Shown here piece after piece: positions 63,222 through 64,000 of a DNA stretch of 64,000 bases. The notes below the pieces were generated by a model, which was not told where the DNA came from, did no database searches, and was given only the letters and a program-made list of their open reading frames with translations. Numbering within the stretch: the first letter of the stretch is position 1; each line of letters opens with the position of its first letter. This stretch comes from Acidimicrobiales bacterium (lineage in GTDB: Bacteria; Actinomycetota; Acidimicrobiia; Acidimicrobiales; Bog-793). A program made the position numbers and the translations under genes. Where the stretch lies: assembly GCA_050012675.1 (NCBI GenBank), contig JBEKGS010000004.1:481-64480 (forward strand), written 5' to 3'.

Positions 63222-64000
63222 CTAAGACGGAGGTCCCGGTTCCAAAGAGCCGAGAGGCTCGAGCCCGGACTTTGCTCGGCGTCGCCGCCTTGGCAGGAAC
63301 AGAAGCAAGACCAGCGCGAGCACGCCGACCCCACTGGCTATGATGCCGAGCTTGGCCAGTTTGGCTTTGTATACCCAGGTCACGGTGAACCTGCCCGCCG
63401 GGATCGAGACCGCCTGAAGTATCCCTAGCTGTCGAACCTGCACGGTCACGGTCGAACCCCCACCGACGGGCGTGAGCCGGGCAACCCAGCCCTTGTCATA
63501 GGCCTCGCTTCGGACGAGCACCGCCGGCTCGGGCGTCGAGACTTCCGTCACAGGGTTCTGCCACGCCCGGACGGGCGGCGTCACCGAGTGGGCGAGCGGG
63601 AGTTGCGGAGCCAGAGGTGTCGTCGATCCCGCGGCCTCGACCCACGAGGCTCCCCGCGTGAGCGTGTTGGTGAACACGGGCAGCCCTCCGATCTCGGTCT
63701 GGTAGTGCCATTTCGGTGGCTCGAGCACGCCTTGGAGGACCTGGTTGAGAACGAGACGATGTGTGCGTGGACCTGAGTCGACCGCTGTCGCCTCCACTGT
63801 GGTCACCTCAATTGCGCCGACGGCGACCGAGGCGCCCCTCGGAGCTCCGACCTGGATCCCGTACGCCACCCGCCCGTTCAGCGCGACTCGGGCTTCTGCG
63901 TCGCTGACAGACACGCGACGGTCGCTGACTATCTGGCCGCGGGCATCGAGGATGCCGATCGAGACCGTGCCCGGGATCTTGCCCTTGTAGGGCAGGACCA
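63222..64000 (-). CDS. C-terminal part of a larger extracytoplasmic protein ending in a single TM anchor and a basic tail; the gene continues beyond the right edge
   Basis: The reading frame stays open upstream of the track's GTG (63914) to position 64000 ('..VLPYKGKIPGTVSIGILDARGQIVSDRR|VSVSDAEARV..'). The C-terminus is 'LGIIASGVGVLALVLLLFLPRRRRR'. The function is unrecognised; it may be the tail of a YfhO/GT-C-like membrane protein. Confidence 0.5.
   Translation of the reverse strand, partial: VLPYKGKIPGTVSIGILDARGQIVSDRRVSVSDAEARVALNGRVAYGIQVGAPRGASVAVGAIEVTTVEATAVDSGPRTHRLVLNQVLQGVLEPPKWHYQTEIGGLPVFTNTLTRGASWVEAAGSTTPLAPQLPLAHSVTPPVRAWQNPVTEVSTPEPAVLVRSEAYDKGWVARLTPVGGGSTVTVQVRQLGILQAVSIPAGRFTVTWVYKAKLAKLGIIASGVGVLALVLLLFLPRRRRRAKSGLEPLGSLEPGPPS

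Overview
High-GC (roughly two-thirds G+C by eye) bacterial chromosomal segment. Gene content and gene structure look actinobacterial (GTG/TTG starts, ATGA stop/start overlaps, many long spurious antisense ORFs), but that taxonomic call is inference. I support about 50 protein-coding genes and saw no rRNA, tRNA or CRISPR array. All calls rest on reading the translations and recognising family motifs; no database search was run.

Layout:
- 1-880: one end of an IS1634/IS4-type insertion sequence, running off the left edge.
- 1.5-12.2 kb: a complete 'selenium-dependent molybdenum hydroxylase' locus. It holds an FAD subunit plus a fused FeS/Mo subunit, convergent with yqeB-family and xdhC genes, and then an overlapping yqeC / class-V aminotransferase / selD / DUF3343 / yedF operon.
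- 12.6-19.9 kb: a soluble histidine kinase whose N terminus is a full ABC-transporter ATPase cassette, its response regulator, and the sugar ABC transporter whose ATPase that cassette duplicates.
- 20-41 kb: mixed redox and membrane genes, including an AmmeMemoRadiSam B+S pair, a glutaredoxin-like::thioredoxin-reductase fusion and a PAS-GGDEF-EAL protein.
- 41-46 kb: an orphan FtsX-type permease divergent from a second, canonical FeS/Mo hydroxylase.
- 46-58 kb: two orphan family-5 binding proteins flanking a patD-like / APC permease / gdhA / saccharopine-dehydrogenase-like nitrogen-catabolism cluster.
- 58-64 kb: S51 peptidase, DHA2 MFS pump and an HtrA-like protease with tandem proline-rich repeats.

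The two strongest candidates for something new:
1. The ABC-NBD::GAF::histidine-kinase fusion coupled to a paralogous transporter.
2. The selenium-locus hydroxylase, whose 2Fe-2S module has lost all eight cluster-ligating cysteines.
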